Of a DNA stretch of 64,000 nucleotides, positions 1-13,699 are shown one piece after another; within the stretch, counting starts at the first letter, position 1; the number at the start of each line of letters is the position of its first letter. Position numbers and translations under genes: made by a program. The DNA lies in the NCBI GenBank assembly GCA_964016885.1, contig OZ024741.1, forward strand, positions 375,410,001 through 375,474,000, read 5' to 3'. The notes beneath the pieces are model-generated. The model was not told the origin of the DNA, did not search any database, and saw only the letters and a list, made by a program, of their open reading frames with translations. The stretch is from Eledone cirrhosa. Taxonomy: Eukaryota.

Positions 1-69
1 GCCTGATTGAGGAGGGAATCCCGTGAGGTGGAGTGGCTGTTTCAGCGGGTGTCTCCGGCCATCACCAGT

Positions 70-645
70 CTAGAACCCCTATCTTGCTCAGAACATTGAC
101 CTCCTGGAAACTGTTCAGAGACATGCAATCAAGCGACTACCCTCCATCAGGCATCTACCATACTCTGAACGCCTTGCTTCCTTGGGCATGGATACATTGA
201 AGCTCCGATGTCTGACAACTGACTTGGTAAACTCCCACAAAATTATTAACCATCTTGCCAACAACAACCCTGAGCACCTTTTTGAATTTCATGTGTCTAA
301 CACACGTGGGCATGCATACAAAATCAGAAAACAGCATAGCTCCCATGACTTTCGTAAACATTTTTTCACATTCAGAGTTGCTGAAGCATGGAACAAACTA
401 CCTACATCAGTTGTTAGTTGCCGAGACACTGCATCCTTTAAAACCTCCACGCTTCCTGAAATTTGCCAACACTACACCTGATATCCCCACTCCATATACA
501 CGCACACATGTATATCATAACTCATACACTGTTCACTTTCCTGGCATTATTCTATATACATTATTCTATGTACTATACATATACCTTTGATGAGTTGTAG
601 TGCACCTGAGCACTGTACATAATAATTACATAATTATGATTTTAT
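70..645 (+). mobile_element. CR1-like LINE, 5'-truncated 3' end (ORF2 C-terminus plus 3' UTR)
   Basis: Reads ...NIDLLETVQRHAIKRLPSIRHLPYSERLASLG...NTRGHAYKIRKQHSSHDFRKHFFTFRVAEAWNKLP, matching the typical CR1-group ORF2 tail (TRGH..K; FF..RV..WN.LP); AT-rich tail near 620-645. Confidence 0.8.
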
Positions 646-2389
646 TCTCCATGGTAACGCTTGCCGTTTTGTCCACGGGGCGCAGCTGGAGCAGTGTTCA
701 GACTGGGGTGGTGTAGTGACTGACCCCCCACCCTTCTTTCATTGCTTGATCCTTCTTTCATTTTCTTTTTTCCCTTTTCATTTTCTCTTTTCATCTTCCC
801 TTTCTGTTCCCTTGAATAGTGTTTTGTTTTTCTTAGATAGTGCTCAATATGTACTTGTATGTTATATTCTTGATGAGGGCGTTGTGTGGTAAACACAAGT
901 CAGCCCTCATCGAGTGGTCGTTATACAAGTAGTTAGCCGGACGAAAGACGAGGCATGACCCACACATATATCTTTCCAATTATGCTACATCTATTTAACT
1001 GGAGACCATACTGCACACCTCGACATGCAGTTAAGAATTTCTACTGGGTTTAAAATGGCAGTCTGGTCACTTTTGCATTCCCTTTAATATCCAGTCTATT
1101 TTTGTATACCCCGAAATTCTAATGTTGACCACACCGGATGCGGCTATCGTGGAGTTGCTCAGAGCGTGACAGTTGGTGTACGTTTGCACTTTCTGACAAC
1201 GTTTATGCTACCATCGTTCATCTACCGCCCACAAATGCAACCTATACAAAATAACAAACCTGCATTGACTCTATAAATCGATACCCCCAAAACATTTTCC
1301 AGTAGAGTCATTCTTCTCTTGTCTCTTTCAACAGTAAAGGCCCAATCAATACACATATAAAAAAATAATACGCTACCGAAAGCTAAAATCATTACAAATA
1401 ATAGTCTAACTATTAGGTCAATCAACAGGCTTTGGTGCTAGGTGGTAGGGCTATGTTTTAGAACATTCTAGGTGGACATTCTAATATGCAATAATTCTAA
1501 GGCGGAGTTTCGGAGGAGACATCACCGTAAATTTGTCTAAATATGGGGGTACACAATTGAAAAGTAGGAATTGAGGAGGCAGTGCTATCCAATGACATGT
1601 TGATGACGAGCCCGTTCACCAAAACTAAGGATCTCTCCAGGCGATCTAACATTCTCTAGTAATCCTCTTCGGAGCCGAAAAATATTTCGTCCCCCAATAA
1701 CCACCAACCCTTTACAAAACTCAAATGAGATTGAAAATGGAGTTCTGATCTGGTCACATATATGGGGTGGTGTTGCTGCTACACACTCAGACATCTGAAA
1801 ATCGTATAAACTCACTTGCCAACACACATCAACCTCTGAACCATATCTGTGGTGTCTGCACTTTGGCCTTTCTACAGATACTGCAGTGGTCTCAGCTCCT
1901 CGGAGCTGGTTCATCTCACACCATACTCACTCAAGTCCTCTTGAATCTCATGTTTCTTCACATTTCTTTACCAACCATAAGGCCTTGCAATAACCACTCT
2001 GCCCAACCCTTCGTCCTCGGGACGTTAACCCACTGGAATTATTTTTTCTTCACATTGAAGTGGATAGCATCCAGCTATTAAGAAGAAACATTAAGAGTGC
2101 CCCGAAAGCAAGGCGCACAGCCCCATCTTCTACGCCAAACCACAACGTCTCCCAACCCAATACAATATCAACAGAAGGACCGTCGACGACAATAGTATCA
2201 TCAACATTTCCAGGGTCACAATCAGCTGTAAATAGTAACAAGAGACTAGGATTTATTTACATTATAAACACCATCCTAGACTCTTTGACAAACTAACGTT
2301 TGACACACATGTTTTAATATAAATATTTGTAGACATGTGTGTGTCAATGTGTATGCGTGCATATGTGTTCACGTCTATATGTGCGCACG

Positions 2390-2445
2390 CGTGTGCGTAT
2401 ATATATATATATATATATATGTAAAAGGTAAACAGAAATAACAAT

Positions 2446-2476
<31 letters not shown>

Positions 2477-2520
2477 AATATAAATACACACACTTACACA
2501 CACATATATATATATATAAT

Positions 2521-2617
<97 letters not shown>

Positions 2618-2755
2618 CATATGCATATATATATATATATAATAAATAAACGAGATGGTTTTATTCGTACATCTTAATTCAACTGAATAATATATATATA
2701 TATATATATACATAATATATATATATATATATATATATACATTTATATATATATA

Positions 2756-2819
<64 letters not shown>

Positions 2820-2870
2820 AGTGTGTCCGAGTGTGTGTCTGTCTATGTGCGTGTGTGCGTGTGTGTGTGT
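2390..2870. repeat. Compound (TA)n/(CA)n/(TG)n microsatellite field
   Basis: Long perfect TA runs (e.g. 2527-2603) seen directly. Confidence 0.95.
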
Positions 2871-3203
2871 GATTATGCTTGCGTGTCCGTGTGATTTCGT
2901 GTGAATGCGAGAGTGTTTGGATGTGTGTGGCTATAAAATTACACATTAAACTGCAATACAAACAAAAGAAAGACGTATAGATGAATACGCCCATGGTCCA
3001 CGTACCAGAGGAGAGAGATACTAGAAATTTAATGAGAAATAGATTGGATAATAAATGGATTCCCGGTAGGCATAGAAAGACCATATAATAACATATGTAG
3101 TTTAAATTGACATCACTACTCTGTCACTATGTAATAGTTACGGTGTCAACACATGATCTCCGATCAAGTTACTTATCTAGTAAGTGCAACTTGGACACAC
3201 ACG

Positions 3204-3237
<34 letters not shown>

Positions 3238-3307
3238 CATACTTAAATATATGTACACACACACTCACACATACACATATGTATGTATGTATATATATAT
3301 GTGTTGA

Positions 3308-3344
<37 letters not shown>

Positions 3345-3549
3345 TCATAATAGAAGAACACTGGAGGATTATATCCGTAGTAGTAGAGTACCCAGTCCAT
3401 GGGACGAGTTTGGTAGAAGTAGATCCGAGCTGAAGATCCGCTTAAGGTGAGACATTTGTTCTCGGTATAGTGAACTAACTGTTGTGGAACTACTTCTATA
3501 TATATTCATATAAACAAATATACACTACACATACATACACGCGTGCACG

Positions 3550-3646
<97 letters not shown>

Positions 3647-3799
3647 GTATATCAAGAATACAAGAAACGAACAAACGAATGACGAGTTGGTAGTTGGTCA
3701 AATAAGGAGGCGCGATTCTGTCCAATTACGCTACATCTCTATCTAGCTGAAGACTATACAGCACACTCCAGCATACAGTTATGAATTAGTATGGGAAAA

Positions 3800-4666
3800 A
3801 TCCTTGAATTTATATACTCTGGAAGTGAAATCACAAAAGATGATCTATCCGCAAGTGATGTGCATGCCCAAATCAGCAAAGCATGGGCAATTTTAAATAA
3901 GTTATCAACGGTCTATAATTCTAAGCTTCTTTTAAGCTTCCATTAAATTTGAAACGTGATTTCTTTCAAGCGGTAGCCAGTCAGTTCTGTTATATGGATG
4001 TACAACAAGGGAGTGTAACATATTCCATTGGCAGACCACTTCTGAACATTGGAACAACTATTAGGGCCATTAATATTTATTAAGCACTATTCGAAAGATT
4101 CACCACAACTTTTTTCCATAACATGGAACTAGGAAATTATAACACATTACCCTATCAGTGAAGCCCTTTAGTATAGGTCAACTAACAGAAAATTGTATTA
4201 TAGTTACGAAAAAAGTCTACAATGTATAAATTGAAAACGGTCATCGCGAGCCACTCTGACTAGTCTGGTGGGCCGGATTGTGGCCCGCGGGCCGCCTGTT
4301 GCACGCCCCCTGATGTACAACATGGACTCTTGTGAAGCATCTTGAAAAGAAAATGCTTCGAACTGCTCTGGACTTCTTCCGGAGACAGCACCCTAGGAAA
4401 GAACTTCTCCGTGGTAATTTACCACCAATATCACACATCATCAGAGAACGAACAAGATCGCTGGACATTGCTGGAGAACAAAGGAAGAGATCATCAACGA
4501 CGTTCTTCTTTGGGAACCAAAGCATGGGTACGCAAATGTTGGTAGAGTACATCGAATCTACATAAGGCAACTGTGCGAGGATTCTGAGTACACCCGAGAA
4601 GACCTACCACGAGCAATAGACTGGAGATGAGTCAATGCGATATGTGCAATAAGCATGCCCGGAGGA
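3800..4666 (+). mobile_element. Decayed RTE-like LINE 3' fragment, interrupted by a hAT MITE
   Basis: Frames read EFIYSGSEI...ISKAWAILNKLSTV...SVLLYGCTT, then after the insert CTTWTLVKHLEKK..MLRTAL...LPPISHIIRER..AGHCWR..EEIINDVLLWEPKHG: RTE/RTE-X post-RT motifs. Confidence 0.75.
4006..4312. mobile_element. hAT (Charlie-like) MITE
   Basis: Perfect 8 bp TSD ATGTACAA (3998-4005 and 4313-4320); imperfect TIRs CAAGGGAGTGTAACA / TGTTGCACGCCCCCTG; splits an RTE coding fragment. Confidence 0.8.
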
Positions 4667-4937
4667 CAGCGGTGTGGAGAGCTCTGGGGGTGCCCGGGGA
4701 AAAACTTGATTGTATGCCACAAATACTCAAGTATAAGGCCCAATATACTGAGAAATATTATGAGAAAGGAAAATATTTTAAGTATATGAACAGAGATGAA
4801 ACATGAAATAAACGCTTTATTCGATTTTGATATAAATAAATCAAATCTATTAAGTTCTTTTCCACAAATGATACCCCCATCCAAAGGATGCCCGGGGCCA
4901 ACGCAATATCGCCCCCACCAGCTTCTGTACGCTACTG
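4667..4937. mobile_element. Probable hAT-type MITE
   Basis: Termini CAGCGGTGT... / ...ACGCTACTG (imperfect inverted); flanks CCGGAGGA vs CCGGAGAG (6/8 match, candidate TSD). Confidence 0.45.
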
Positions 4938-5000
4938 CCGGAGAGGATGTAGTTTAATATGGCAACCTGATCATATTGTATTATCTCCCATTATAACCCG

Positions 5001-5190
5001 ACGGTGGATTTGCAGTATCGGTAGAGCGTCAGACACCATGCTTTGCAGCATAGGGTTATGGCCCTTTACATTCTGAGTTCAAATCCCGCCGAGGTTAACT
5101 TTGCCTTTCATCCTTACGGGGTCGATAAAATAAAGCACCAGTAATGCACTGGGGTAATTGCTGGCCTTGTGCCAAAAGTAGAAGCAATTA
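5001..5190 (+). mobile_element. tRNA-derived SINE (family A, short variant)
   Basis: A-box-like GCAGTATCGGTAGAGCG, B box GAGTTCAAATCC, conserved body GCCTTTCATCCTTACGGGGTCGATAAAATAAAG; about 20 copies in the window. Confidence 0.85.
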
Positions 5191-5575
5191 TCTCCCATTT
5201 TATCCCATATTTTACAACTGGCCAAAACATGTTACCAGCTCTGTAGTCATAAATATATGATAGTGGCAGTCGGATATGATTGAAGGGAGATTCGGTTGCT
5301 ATTTCTAGTAGGTCCAGCACACGCTTAGAGGCTCACTCGCTGGCACGTGTTGTTATGGAGAGAACTGAGATGATTGAACCTCGATAAGGATGGATCAAAT
5401 TTAAACAACATCATAACCACACATCCAGTACATAGTCCGGCAAGAGTTGTAAGTTTGTCCCAGCTTAAAAGATTACCAAGGAACGAGTTCGTTTATTTAC
5501 AATATCAACATACTGCTTACCCACTCTCATATCCGCAGGCTTGTTTTATTGAATATGTGTATATCTCTCTCCCTA

Positions 5576-5639
<64 letters not shown>

Positions 5640-5989
5640 TCTCTCTATCTGTATCTATCTTTCTATCTATCTATATCTCTTTCTCTATCTCTCTGTTCTT
5701 GTGAGTATGCTTGTGTCTCTTCTATCCAACTCTCTCTTCCTCTACTACTTCTTTCCCTCTGACATTCACACAGGCACACAAATACACACACACATACACA
5801 CACATACATACAATCTCTCACGTACATAACCTCTTCACTTACACTTTTAGTATAGTTATAAGCGAGTTAAAAACAGTATTGAGTGTGTATGAATGAGGTT
5901 TAGTGTTGTATACTTGAATAGTCAGTTTATGTCTGTATGTGTGTGTGTGATACGCCCCCTCCTCTCCCTCACTCTCTTTGGTTTTGTAG

Positions 5990-6125
5990 ATCTACAAAAC
6001 CAAAAAGTTTTGCAACTGCCCTTTATGCACTTTCTCCACTCAGCCCTATTTAGAGCTATCTCCTCCCAGTTGTCTATATCAAATGCCAGCTCTTTGAGAT
6101 TGTTCTTGATGCTGTCCCTGAACCA
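5990..6125 (-). mobile_element. RTE/BovB-like LINE 3' fragment
   Basis: Minus frame WFRDSIKNNLKELAFDIDNWEEIALNRAEWRKCI, typical of an RTE C-terminus. Confidence 0.65.
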
Positions 6126-6322
6126 TACATACATGCATACACAAACACACATACTTTTTTACCTGTTGCCTGTTCCATGCCATTATATTATTCATAACAT
6201 GAAAACCTGACAGGAAAGCTTAAACTGGTTTGATGGTGCAAATGATAGAATTATGTGGGAATTTCGTGGTAAGGTTTTCATGGAAAGATAGAACCGACGT
6301 ATAAAAGTATATTTAAACAAGA

Positions 6323-6595
6323 AGTGGAGGCGCATGACCAAGTGGTATAGGTGTTGGACTTACGATCGTCATGTTCAATTCCTGGACAGGGTTGTGTGTC
6401 GTGTTCTTGAGCAAAACACTTCACTCCACGTTGCTCCAGTATACTCAGCTAAGTACCAGAATTAACCCTGACATGAACTGGCATCTTGTCCATGGGAGAG
6501 TCTTGTACTCTCAGTCGCTTCCACGCCACGGAAACCAGGATAAGCACCGGTGTGACGAGCTTCCGAATTCCAAACAGACTTTAGACTTTACCTTT
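6323..6595 (+). mobile_element. tRNA-derived CORE-type SINE (family B)
   Basis: tRNA head (GGCGCATGACCAAGTGG...GTTCAATTCC) followed by CORE-like TGTTCTTGAGCAAAACACTTCA; related copy at 51990-52268 (-). Confidence 0.7.
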
Positions 6596-7149
6596 AAGCA
6601 TACAGAAATACGATGTCACATGCAATCAAAGCACGTTGCAGTATTACATGACATGAGAATATTGTGATGTAGCATTCAAACCATCCGAGAGTATGATGCC
6701 CAGACAAACCATGTAGCAAGTTACAAGGACTAACAAGGATCACCCTATAGCTGAAGACAAAATCAAACTTATATAGTATGTGCCAAAGTTCATAATAACC
6801 TCCATGTAACAAGTATCAACATTTCACCGTATAACAGGTGCCAGATGCCCAAACGTAACTTTGAGAAGCAAATGCCAGATGCCGAAATTGAAATATTTTC
6901 ATTGACAGAACATAACCAGATGTTTCTATGTAGTTGTTATTACAGAGATAAAATATATGAACGTAAAGCATTCTGTTATTATTTTATTCTGTTCTGTTTT
7001 TTATTTTTTATGATTCCAACAATGAAATATTTTCAGTAAATTGACTTGAGACGTTGAAAAGGAAATAACATACACAGCCCACACCGAAGCAGGTTTTGCT
7101 GTTCCACTACGAGATTGTATCTCATAGGATGTTTCTATGGTGGTTTAAT

Positions 7150-7350
7150 TAATGGTTTCTGATATAGACACAGGGCCAGCAATTTTGGGGGTGGGTCGAT
7201 TAAATCGAACCCTAGTGCGTTACTGGTACTTTATTTTATCGACCGACCCTGTAGGGATGAAAGGCAAAGTTAACCTCGACGGGATTTGAACTCAGAACAT
7301 AAAACATGCTGTCTGACGCTCTACCGATACTGCCAATCCACCACCCGTAG
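7150..7350 (-). mobile_element. SINE family A
   Basis: Reverse complement of the 5001-5190 family. Confidence 0.8.
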
Positions 7351-8099
7351 TGGTTTAATTAATGATAGATGTTTCTTTGGCAGCGGGTGGGTTTAATGAA
7401 TGATGTGTTGTATTTATCTTAACATCAGTCGTGGTGTTTCGTTTATATAGAATGGGAACGTTAAGGTATTCATGTCTTTTTCTGATGACATTAGAGACAC
7501 AAATAAAGAGGAAGTGCTTACGACATGACATCGGAACCAATTGGCGAAGAATTTACAGATTTACCAAGGTACCGAGTTACCATGGAACTCGAACTCCTAA
7601 TGAAGTGGTAGTGGCATTCATCCCTCTCTAGTCGATTTCTTTCCAAGGGAGAGAGGGAGTGAGGCAGGAGGATGGAGGGAGAAAGAGGGGTGGAGAAGAA
7701 TCTACTTCAGAACTGGATAAGTACTTTATTTATTAACCCCGAGAGGATGAAAGGCAAAGTTGACCCCAGAGAGCCGGGACAAGGTCCGTTGCCAGAGTTT
7801 GGTGCGTGGGGATAGGGCGGGTGGTTTGGGCTCCAGAATATACCGGGTGGGCACTCTTTCCCAAAGAACGTATTTCATGAGTTTTTTGTTTTTTTTAAAT
7901 TTCTATTTTCTAAATCAGAGAGTGACTCTTTGAAATGTCAAAGACAATGCCACCCTGTGCTGCTACCCCATTCTCGGTACCGGGCTCGGCCGGGTCGAAT
8001 ACCACAAAATATTCTATGCACCGTTCTAACTATTCTGGCAAATCATCTCATAAGACTGCTTAATCGCAGCTGATTATATAGATACACTACAAGACGAAA

Positions 8100-8645
8100 C
8101 AACGAGGGAGCAGGTAGAAATAGCAGCCAAACCTCTCACAAATTACACCATTCCATTGCAAATAGAGAAGGATATATTAGACAATGTAGTTCGTTAAATA
8201 TATAAAGACGACTGGAATGATTTTAATCACATTTGTGGTCGATCAGGTTTGACCTAGGATTAAAAACAACAGCAACAACAACAATAACCAGGCAACACAC
8301 AAATGAAACACGTGTATAGTCAACAAGGCACTCGAATACATGGAAACGTACACGCGTGTTATACCCATCAACATATATGCCCCCGCTCCAGACCACTTAA
8401 CACAACTTATAAACTCACGTACACCCACATATTTACACACACACACAATCACACACAATCACAGACTACGAATATGCCATAATCCCTTCAAACCACATCC
8501 TACCTTCTTAAAAAAAAAAGGGAACTTCACATTGGATAATGTAGCCCAGGTATATTATCTAAAGATAAGATTTGAAGGCTATGCCTGGAATGGTTCGATC
8601 ACAGACCTGGTTCATCAGGGTGTGCCTAGGGCTAAATAACAACAA
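8100..8645 (+). repeat. Two diverged copies (about 8110-8285 and 8470-8645) of a dispersed repeat ending in (AAC)n
   Basis: Shared ...ATT(A/G)GA(C/T)AATGTAG...CTGGAATG...ATCAGG...CCTAGG..TAAA(AAC)n; a related segment lies in reverse complement at about 5280-5340. Confidence 0.6.
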
Positions 8646-8909
8646 AACATTAACAGTGTAACCACACCACAAACGCAGACTAACACAAAATATAATATGT
8701 ATATGGTGACAGAGAGCGGACATGAACGATGTTATATTATCTTAACATCAGTTGTGATATTTAAGTCATAGAAAAACGGTAAATAGAAGATTCATGACTT
8801 TCTTTATGATATTAGAGATATAAATAAAAGGAATGGAAGTGCCGACGACATTACATCGGAGCCAAGTGGCGAAGAATTTACAGATTTATTAAGGTACTGT
8901 AATGTAAAC

Positions 8910-10310
<1,401 letters not shown>

Positions 10311-10733
10311 AGATATGTTGCCTTACTTGATATGCCTCTCAATCCACGGATCCGTATATTCAGTGTCGTTTCCCTACATGATAGAGATCTTTGGTGTGAA
10401 TAATTCTATGTGTACATTTGTCTAAATACATATATTTATTTGTCATTATGTGTATACATGGGAATATATACATGTGTGTGTCTGTCTTTCTCTATATGTG
10501 TTGTATGTGTCTGTCTATGTATGCGTTCGAGGGATGTGTAATGCACCGCACTGAAGAATCTGTTACTTGTTAGTTTGCTACATCTAGATATAAGGGTAGG
10601 AGAATGAGAGGAAGAGGCTGAGGGGGGAGGAGGAGTAGGGAGAGTAAAAGAGGAATGAAAAGTGGGAGCGATTGAAAGATAGATAGATATAGATAGATAT
10701 AGAGGGAGAAAGAGAGAGAGAGAGATAGGGGTA

Positions 10734-10790
<57 letters not shown>

Positions 10791-11170
10791 GGAGAGAGAG
10801 AGATAGAGATAGAGAGAGAGAGAGAGAGAGAGAATGATAAGAAGTTTAGAGAAGGAAAGAGTGGTGTGGTACTTTGGAATCATTTCCAGCCGATCTTGTA
10901 ATTCGTTCTTTGAGATCTCTGCTTCATTCTGTCTTCTACACTAAAATAATGGCGCGTATTGAAGAGAACAAGGAGGAGGGAGGTGGAGAATGAACGAGTG
11001 AGATAGAGAGTTGGAGAAAGATAGATAGAGAGAGGAAGGTAGAGTGTGAGAATCTAAAAGATAAAGTGAGAGAGAAATAGCGATGTAGAGAAAGTGTGTA
11101 TGAGAGAAAGAGAGAATCATCTCTCTCTCTCGCTTTTTCACCGTTTCTCTCTTTCTCACTCTTTCCCACT

Positions 11171-11238
<68 letters not shown>

Positions 11239-11509
11239 CTATCTATCTATCTATCTATCTATCTATTTATTTTTTTGAGAATCTAGCTGTCGTCTGTTCT
11301 ACAGTGTGGATGTAATTCACTTCGCACAGAAGTTTTGTTCAAATTTATTGAGGAAATTTTGTGAGTTCAAACTTAATTTTGATACAATTGTGTAGCTTGA
11401 CCCTCCGTCTGAACTGTCAGGCGGTGGGTCAGCTCATCTTTACCCCTCCTAGAGGTGAAAAACCTGTTTTAAAAAATTTTGTGTAAAAAATTTCAATCGT
11501 CTAACAGAA

Positions 11510-13666
11510 ATGTTAAACGCAGCGAACGAAAATAGTGGTGGGGGGACAGTGGTAAGAGTTGTAAGCTCGCACGCTTTAGTCCCCCCTTCCTTCCCAACTA
11601 ACGTCATAGAGAAGGAAGGAAAAATTAAAATAAAAACAGACGAATCTGCGGAGAAAAAAAATGACAAAAACACAAATCTGGACATGGATTCCAACAACGA
11701 AAAAAAAAATTTGAAAAATTACATGACAATACTAATAACACAAACAAAGACACAACAAACACAAAAATAACATTTGAAAATAACACCATAACAGAAAGCA
11801 AAGCAGACGACAAGATTTCATTTGCACAGAAAACAAAGAAATTTTGACTTATATAGCGGAACATATTTCAGATGTGGCACGAAGGATCACAGACGCCAAA
11901 CAATACATAAGTGAAAAAATGACGAAAACACAAATCTGGACATGGATTCCAACAACGACAAAAAAAAATTTGAAAAATTGCATGACAATACTAATAACAC
12001 AAACAAAGACACAACAAACACAAAAATAACATTTGAAAATAACACCATAACAGAAAGCAAAGCAGACGACAAGATTTCATTTGCACAGAAAACAAAGAAA
12101 TCTTTGACTTATATAGCGGAATATATTTCAGATGTGGCACGAAGGATCACAGACGCCAAACAATACATAAGTGAAGGAGAGAATGGTATTTTATCGGTAA
12201 AAATGCCTCAAGAATTCAGCAAAGACATTGAAAGCCGAACGGTCAAGTTCTGCACCATCAACAACAGTACAAAAAAACCTGAACAGCCTTCTCAAGCAGA
12301 TATCAAAACAGTACTCATAGAAGTACTTAATGAAACCACTTTCATCAGAAAAGACAGACTGTATGGAAGCCTAGCAATTATCATGAAGAACGAATCGGCG
12401 GCAAAAAAATGTGCTTTGTCACCGATTCGTTCGAAAAATTTCACCTTTTATCCATCTTATATGGGGAAAAGAACTCAACGCATATGGCTGGATGCAATGA
12501 TGCCAGATGTGGACTACTGCTGGCTCATAGCTGGCTTCATCGATCCAGTGAATGACAACGTGATTTCCATTGGGAAAACCACAGGCAATGCGTTCAGTGG
12601 AACAGGTATAGAGCTGGTAGTGCAAATGAAGCCTGAACGCATCGCTCAAATACCCGGCAGAATCCTATTAGAGGACCACGGGTATATAAACATTAGCGTG
12701 GAGGGGAGAAGGCCGTCCTGCCATATCTGTGCAGGCAGAGGGCACCTGAAGGCCGCTTGTCCCCAACTCAACAAAAAGAAAACCCTGCTACCAACACCAG
12801 CTCCACCACCACCACCACAACAGATAAACAAACAACAAAACTCAGTCCCACCCAACCCGTCCCTCAGTAAAACCACACCACCACCACAACACAAACAGTC
12901 ACAACACATTACCCCAAAACAAAATACAGGCCCACCCAACCTCTCACTCAATAAAACAACACAACCACCGCAGACACAACACACAACACAGTCTAACATA
13001 GTGACATCCATCTCCCCCACAAAGAAAACCAACACGGAAACATTACCAGCAAACATACCTCTTCCCTCCAACACTGAAGATAACCCAACGAATTCGGAGG
13101 AAGAAACGGAGTCCTTCAGACAGATTAAAAGGAAAAAAAGAAAACATGTGCAAAACACACAAGGCCAAACAACCCCCACCCAAATCTCAACACAATCCAA
13201 CAAAACAGGAAACACCCCTCCAGCAACAAACAAAACCAAACTTGCCCCTCCCCTCTTCGAAACACTCACACCATCCGAAAAAAAGACATTACACTATACT
13301 TACATCAACAGAAACAATAATAAATTAAATGAACTCATATACAATAATCCTTCGGTACAAACCAAAGGTGTAAACTTTGTTTCGTCAGAAAACTACCCAC
13401 ATTTAAAATTAATAAAGATCCCAATGAACCTCTACCAAAAACTAAAAAAGGATTTTAAGGAGGACGTAGGACCACCCTCTGTCAAACCCATAAACCGCGT
13501 CCTACTAAAAAGCTTTCCCCCTCCCCTTCCCCTCCCCAACACAACTCCAAACACCCCAACCCCACCACACACTGACGACCCCACACCACCACAAGACACC
13601 CCTTCACCCAACACCCCCGACCCCATGGAAGTCGTGCAACCCGAACCCCGGGAAGCGGAAAGGTAG
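11510..13666 (+). CDS. Tx1-like ORF1 nucleic-acid-binding protein; N-terminus disrupted, 11942-13666 open (574 aa)
   Basis: CCHC zinc knuckle CHICAGRGHLKAAC; Pro/Thr/Gln-rich linker; basic KRKKRK; the 5' part is broken by an A-run frameshift and a ~260 bp tandem duplication. Confidence 0.85.
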
Positions 13667-13699
13667 GTCTCTACACTGTCCTTTGGCTCTGCCGCCCAC

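Noticed and set aside
1030-2300. Non-repetitive stretch with short ORFs, including a hydrophobic 67 aa ORF
   Set aside because: No recognisable motif or splice structure; may be an old TE fragment but cannot be assigned by eye.
12646-13269. 207 aa (251 aa in copy 2) Cys/Val/Gly-rich antisense ORF to ORF1
   Set aside because: Expected shadow of A/C-rich sense codons; copies are too similar for conservation to be informative.
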